Assembly: GCA_002269645.1 (NCBI GenBank)
Contig: NIVC01001072.1
Coordinates: 186,001-250,000, forward strand
Direction: 5' to 3'
Source of the DNA: Macrostomum lignano
Lineage: Eukaryota
Length of the DNA stretch: 64,000 nucleotides
The notes beneath the pieces are model-generated. The model was not told the DNA's origin. It made no database searches and was given only the letters and a program-made list of their open reading frames with translations. Made by a program: the position numbers and the translations under genes. Shown here piece by piece: positions 58,701 to 64,000 of this stretch (position 1 is the first letter of the stretch; the number at the start of each line of letters is the position of its first letter).

Positions 58701-61700
58701 AACCATCTTGTCCTCAAATGAACCCCCCCTTGTCCTCAAATAAACCCGCATTGTCCTCAAATGCACCCTCTTGTCCTCAAATGAACCCTCTTGTCCTAAA
58801 TTCACCCTCTTGTCCTCAAATAAACTTTATTGTCCTCAAATGAACCCCCTTGACCTCAAATGCACCCCCTTGACCTCAAATGCACCCTATTGTCCTCAAA
58901 TGAACCCTCTTGTCCTCAAATGCACCCTCTTGTCCTCAAATAAACCCTACTGTCCTCAAATGAACCCTCGTCCTCAAATGCACCCTGTTGTCCTCAAATG
59001 CACCCTCTTGTCCTCAAATGAACCCTCTTGTCCTCAAATGAAACCTCTTGTCCTCAAATGAACCCTCTTGTCCTCAAATGAACCCTCTTGTCCTCAAATA
59101 AACCCTCTTGTCCTCAAATGCACCCTCTTGTCCTCAAATGCACCCTCTTGTCCTCAAATAAACCCTACTGTCCTCAAATGAACCCTCTTGTCCTCAAATG
59201 CACCCTGTTGTCCTCGAATGAACCCTCTTGTCCTCAAAGGCACCATCTTGTCCTCAAATAAACCCTCTTGTCCTCAAATGCACCCTCTTGTCCTCAAATG
59301 AACCCTCTTGTCCTCAAATAAACCCTCTTGTCCTCAAATGCACCCTCTTGTCCTCAAATGAACCCTCTTGTCCTCAAATGCACCCTCTTGTCCTCAAATG
59401 AACCCTCTTGTCCTCAAATGAACCCTCTTGTCCTCAAATGAACCCTCTTGTCCTCAAATGCACCATCTTTTCCTCAAATGACTCGTCATTCTAGGACCTA
59501 TTGAGCCCTGGCACCTCTCTCATGCAATTTTTCGTCCCCTATATCACCCCTGTCCTTTAGCGAATAGTTCACCCTAAATAACCCCCACATTTGCAAAATC
59601 AATCGCAGGTTTTAGGGGACGAAGAGAAGCAGCTAGCTGCCGTAGGCTTCGCCGCGCTCAACCAGCTGCACGCCGTCTGCCTCGCCCGTCTTGGAGGCGA
59701 CGCTGACGCTGTTCGCCGACTGCCGGTGTTCTCCGCGGCCGCCGAACGCTGCCTTCGACTCTGCTACGCCAGGTCTTGGTTCGCTAAGAGCGGCGGCTGC
59801 TGCGGACTCCGACGTTTGATGAGTCTGCTTGGCAGGAGTTTCCTGCTGTCAAGACAGGCTGATCTTGCTAAAGCGTTGCTGTTTGTGCTGGCCGATTTGT
59901 CCTCAGAGATTGGCCAGGGTGCGCCTAAACTGGCTGAGCAGACTCTGAAGTCTATGGCCCGGATGCTGTGCCAGCTGCCCGGTCCTAATCTGGCTTTGAC
60001 GGTTCGTCTTTTGCTGGTTCTATCTCCCAGTGACCTGTTCTATCTCCCAGTGACCTGTTCTATCTCCCAGTGGCCTGTTCTATCTCCCAGTGACCTGTTC
60101 TATCCCCCAGTGATCTGTTCTATCTCCCAGTGATCTGTTCTATCTCTTAGTGATCTGTTATATCTCCCAGTGACCTGTGTTCTATCTCCCAGTGATCTGT
60201 TCTATCTCCCAGTGACCTGTTCTATCTCCCAGTGACCTGTGTTCTATCTCCCAGTGACCTGTGTTCTATCTCCCAGTGATCTGTTCTATCTCCCAGTGAC
60301 CTGTTCTATCTCCCAGTGACCTGTGTTCTATCTCCCAGTGATCTGTTCTATCTCCCAGTGATCTGTTCTATCTCTTAGTGATCTGTTCTATCTCCCAGTG
60401 ACCTGTTCTATCTCCCAGTGACCTGTTCTATCTCCCAGTGATCTTTTCTATCTCCCAGTGATCTGTTCTATCTCCCAGTGACCTGTTCTATCTCCCAGTG
60501 ACCTGTTCTATCTCCTAGTGACCTGTTCTATCTCCCAGTGACCTGTTCTATCTTCCAGTGATCTGTTCTATCTCCCAGTGACCTGTTCTATCTCCTAGTG
60601 ACCTGTTCTATCTCCCAGTGACCTGTTCTATCTCCCATTGATCTGTTCTATCTCCCAGTGACCTGTTCTATCTCCCATTGATCTGTTCTATCTCCCAGTA
60701 ATCTGTTCTATCTCCCATTGATCTGTTCTATCTCCCAGTGACCTGTTCTATCTCCCAGTGATCTGTTCTATCTCTTCTATATGTATAATGCTGCATATTT
60801 GGTGTTTATGAGAGCATCTACAATCCTATTAATTTTGCAGGAGGAGCAAAAGCAACAACAGGCAGTATCGGAGGCCGCCCCATTGCTAACGGTGCTAGCC
60901 CAGCACCTGGCCAATCCGAACGATTCTGCTCGGCAGGCCTCCATGGCCACCTTGACTCTGATTGGCCAGCTGACAGGCCAGCAGGTATCCGCTCTGCTGG
61001 CTCCGCTGCGAGCTCAGCACCTGGACGACTGCCTGCCGCCTGCCCGGTTACTCAAGCAGCACATGCTGGCTCAACAGGTGAGTTAATTGGATTGTCCGCT
61101 AGGCTTGGAGAGAATTAGCAATTCCCTTCTGATGCTTTGAGCAAGTGTGTAATTCCCTTTTGAAGCTTTGAGCAAGTAAGTAATTCCCTTCTGAAGCTTT
61201 GAGCAAGTCAGCAATCCCCCATCATATTGAGCAAATCTCCCATGATCTAGAACCCCCCCCATTCCCATACCCAGGTTGCCATAGTGGACTGCAACCGGTT
61301 CTGCTCCGAGCTGACTCCGCCCCTCGTGACGCTGGACCCTGATCACTGCGAGCATCACAAAGCATTCCTAACTGACCTGATCAAGATATCCGAGAGCAGC
61401 GAGTCTGCTTTAAAAAAGCAGCCCTGCTATGCCAATGCTAAAAGCCTCACTCAGCTGAAGTGCCTGGTAGCTAAACTGCTAGCCAGCCTCAGCTTTGCCC
61501 AGCAACGCGATTCAACAACCGATCGTCGAATATTCGAAGTCCTATTCCAAGAGATGTGCTCGGATACTCAGGAAATTCACGAGACTGCTTTTGATTGTTT
61601 GCAAAAGTTCTGGCGTCGAGTCCATCTGGATGTGACTCTGCTGCAGCAGAATGTGAAGCCCATATTGTCGGATTTGCGCAATTGGCTCACCATGACAACC

Positions 61701-63711
61701 GTCACGCTGCAGCGGCTGGCCTATTGCACCAGGCTCTACTCGGGAGTGTTTAGCGAGCGCCTGTGCGACTCCCTGCAGTCTCACCTGCAGCCACTGCTGG
61801 ATGCTCTCGTCAACGCTTACAAGACTAATTCTCAGAACCTGATGAAGGATGTTATGCCTAAGGTTTGTTTAGAATCCTCAGTTGATATGCCAGCCTCCCT
61901 GATCCTCAGTTGCTTGGCCAGCCTCCCTGATCCTCAGTTGCTGGGCCAGCCTCTCAGATCCTCAGTTGCTTGGCCAGCCTCCCAGATCCTCAGTTGCTTG
62001 GCCAGCCTCCCAGATCCTCAGTTGCTGGGCCAGCCTCCCAAATCCTCAGTTGCTGGGCCAGCCTCCCAGATCCTCAGTTGCTTGGCCAGCCTACCAGATC
62101 CTCAGTTGCTTGGCCAGCCTACCAGAGTTTCAGTTGCTGGACCAGCCTCCCAAATCCTCAGTTGCTGGGCCAGCCTCTCAGATCCTCAGTTGCTTGGCCA
62201 GCCTCCCAGATCCTCAGTTGCTTGGCCAGCCTCCCAGATCCTCAGTTGCTGTGTCAGCCTCCCAAATCCTCAGTTGCTGGGCCAGCCTCCCAGATACTCA
62301 GTTGCTGTGTCAGCCTCCCAAATCCTCAGTTGCTGGGCCAGCCTCCCAGAGTGTCAGTTGCTGTTCCACCGCCACCCTTGGATCCCATGGAAGATCCCAT
62401 GGATTGGGAATCTCATCCCGGATTCCCAATTTCTAAATGCGATAGTAATTAATCATCCCATTGCCTCGATCCCACAGGAGATGCTTATCTGTGTCAAGGT
62501 GCTGGACATATTTCATCTGATCCCGTCGGCTACATCTAAGTACATCGAACCGCTGTGCAAAATGGTGCTCGACTGCGAAAAAATGCTCCATATTGAGCCT
62601 AGCAGCCCATTGCGGCAGCCGCTGCTTCGGTTTCTGCTCCGATTTCCGCAGGAATTCCTCATGTTCAGCTTCAAGGCGCCTGGCTTTAACGACTGTCATT
62701 ATCGGAGATTTTTTCTGGTGAGTGGTATTCGACTCTATGATCCCTAAACTAGGCTTTATGATCCCCAACTAGACTCTATGATTGGGACTAGACTATGATC
62801 CCCAACTATACTCTATGATCCCCAACTATACTCTATGATCCCCAACTAGACTTTATGATCCCCAACTATACTCTATGATCCCCAACTATACTCTATGATC
62901 CCCAACTATACTCTATGATCCGTAACACGACTCTATAATCCCCAACTAGACTATGATCACCAACTCGAATCTATGATCTCCAACTCGACTCTATGATCTC
63001 CAACTCGACTCTATGATCTCCAACTCGACTCTATGATCTCCAACTCGACTCTATGATCTCCAACTCGACTCTATGATCTCCAACTCGACTCTATGATCTC
63101 CAACTCGACTCTATGATCTCCAACTCGACTCTATGATCTCCAACTCGACTCCCTAATGATCCCAATCCCAAGTCCTCCCCAATGATCCCAATCCCAACTA
63201 CCCTATTGATCCCAAGTCCTCCCTTAGGATTCCAATCCCAAGTTTACCCTATTGGGATCGCAAATAAAGCCAAAACGCTCATCCCGATCATGTTTTGATA
63301 TTCCCTGCCCTCTCCCCCATCGTAGTGGTGCCTTCGCCAAGAGGACAGCACAGATCTGCGGCGTCACGTGGCCAACAGCGCCAAGCAGCTGACTGAGATG
63401 CTGCAGAAAGCGTCGGCATCCGGCGGCCAGCTGCCAGCAGGCCTGACCGACTCCGATCCCCGATATTTCATTCTGTCTATTGTGAACACTGTGAAGGACA
63501 AAGAGCCGGACCTGTTGCTAGGCCAGACTGAGCTGGTCAATGCAGTTCTGCAGCACTGGGTCACTGCTGGATCTGCTGCTTGTTGGGCTCCGAGAACTGG
63601 AGGAGGTGGCGTCGGATTGCAGCAGCAACAGTTGCGACCTTTGACCCCAGGATTTTATAGCGAATCTGATATGCCCGAGATTGTTGTAGAAATATTGCTG
63701 TACTATTATAA
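46517..63711 (+). CDS. TRRAP: TRRAP/Tra1 (PIKK pseudokinase, HEAT-repeat region), 5' partial, about 1710 codons; exons 46517-46583, 46664-46713, 46789-47013, 47287-47574, 48525-48942, 53202-53580, 54561-55007, 55329-55446, 56119-56444, 57408-58377, 59609-60001, 60841-61077, 61275-61862, 62478-62717, 63326-63711; continues beyond 64000
   Basis: Phase-consistent exon chain with hallmark TRRAP segments: NEENVQICLK, RPIAYSTLADLIHH, LYLKLFKLVFSSVSL..AENEQMLKPHL, EPYNYFLLLRALFRSIGGG.HDMLYQEFLPLLPNLL, LCLTVPVRLSSLLPYL..LMDPLVSALNGSQ.LVSQGLRTLELCVDNLQPDFLYD. Confidence 0.95.
47640..48465. repeat. TRRAP intron 4: 13/19-bp minisatellite
   Basis: Units ttaagaatcgcct(t) and ttaagaatcgcctctca. Confidence 0.95.
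48990..49860. repeat. TRRAP intron 5, array A: CT-rich about 18-bp repeat
   Basis: Unit ctctctcccctgtctcc-like. Confidence 0.95.
50505..50917. repeat. TRRAP intron 5, array B: 33-bp repeat
   Basis: Unit ctccccattgtgagccaattggcatctcagcaa. Confidence 0.95.
51215..51660. repeat. TRRAP intron 5, array C: 15-bp CT-rich repeat
   Basis: Unit ctcccgtctctccct. Confidence 0.95.
52330..53060. repeat. TRRAP intron 5, array D: 42-bp repeat
   Basis: Unit gattctcaaaatctcaccctgactcttagagtctcatcccgt. Confidence 0.95.
53650..54545. repeat. TRRAP intron 6: 19/20-bp minisatellite
   Basis: Unit cccctgacccatt(c/t)aagaa(t). Confidence 0.95.
55030..55290. repeat. TRRAP intron 7: degenerate aaaatcccaattagat-type repeat
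   Basis: Recurrent gggaaa(a)atc(t/c)...atcccaattagat motifs. Confidence 0.65.
55678..56093. repeat. TRRAP intron 8: (CTAA)n microsatellite with 20-bp higher-order units ending AAACAG
   Basis: ctaactaac... throughout; 12 aaacag interruptions between about 55810 and 56075. Confidence 0.95.
56500..57400. repeat. TRRAP intron 9: 34-bp minisatellite
   Basis: Unit tagcccaccaccccatgcctcgaatgtacactga, running up to the acceptor. Confidence 0.95.
58520..59480. repeat. TRRAP intron 10: 20-bp minisatellite
   Basis: Unit aaatg(a/c)accctcttgtcctc. Confidence 0.95.
60015..60775. repeat. TRRAP intron 11: 20-bp minisatellite
   Basis: Unit ttctatctcccagtga(c/t)ctg. Confidence 0.95.
61118..61215. repeat. 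TRRAP intron 12: about 31-bp repeat, 3 copies
   Basis: aattcccttctga(a)gctttgagcaagt repeated three times. Confidence 0.85.
61872..62360. repeat. TRRAP intron 13: 28-bp minisatellite
   Basis: Unit gatcctcagttgct(g/t)ggccagcctccca. Confidence 0.95.
62730..63150. repeat. TRRAP intron 14: 20-bp minisatellite
   Basis: Units ctatgatctccaactcgact and ctatgatccccaactatact. Confidence 0.95.
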
Positions 63712-63784
63712 GTGAGTGCTTGTGTATTTGCACTTTTGTATAGATTATCTTTAGGGGGCACTTAAAACTGGATGGAATTCAACA

Positions 63785-64000
63785 TTCTATGGGATTTGGG
63801 ATTCTATGGGATTGGGATACTATGGGATTGGGATACTATGGGATTTGTTGGGATACTATAGGATTTGGGATTCTATGGGATTTGGGATTCTATGGGATTT
63901 ATGATTCTATGGGATTTGGGATTCTATGAGATTGGGGATACTATGGGATTTGTTGGGATACTATAGGATTTGTGATTCTATGGGATTTGGGATTCTATGG
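63785..64000. repeat. TRRAP intron 15: about 17-bp G-rich minisatellite (runs off the window)
   Basis: Unit gggattctatgggattt. Confidence 0.9.

Noticed and set aside
28850-64000. CRISPR-like regular repeats
   Set aside because: Units are directly adjacent with no unique spacers, there are no cas genes, and the context is eukaryotic introns.

Overview
Eukaryotic (metazoan) genomic DNA: GC-rich exons sit among AT-rich or repeat-filled introns and many transposon remnants. The style (divergent orthologues, minisatellite-filled introns) suggests a lophotrochozoan, possibly a Macrostomum-like flatworm; this is inference only. Host genes: an uncharacterised 3-exon polyQ protein gene (10132-13748, +); a single-pass membrane protein with a Tyr-motif tail (23988-24776, -); IQCE (10 coding exons, 28573-36730, +); an intronless HSBP1-like gene (38868-39323, -); and the 5' part of TRRAP/Tra1 (15 coding exons, about 1710 codons, 46517-63711, continuing past the window). 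Mobile elements: an apparently intact 7.0-kb EnSpm/CACTA (CMC) transposon with a 644-aa transposase and a spliced DUF4806-like gene (16381-23424); three solo-LTR-like elements; two Ty3/gypsy remnants; an RTE-like LINE remnant; a mariner-type MITE with about 378-bp TIRs; and several hAT-type MITEs with 8-bp TSDs. The most striking pattern is that all 9 IQCE coding introns and 12 consecutive TRRAP introns carry tandem arrays, almost all intron-specific. Some arrays trace to MITE-borne motifs, one is a polymer of the branch-point motif CTAAC, and one elsewhere is a 14-fold in-frame amplification of a retrotransposon integrase GPY motif. Gene identities come from recalled family motifs, not from database searches.
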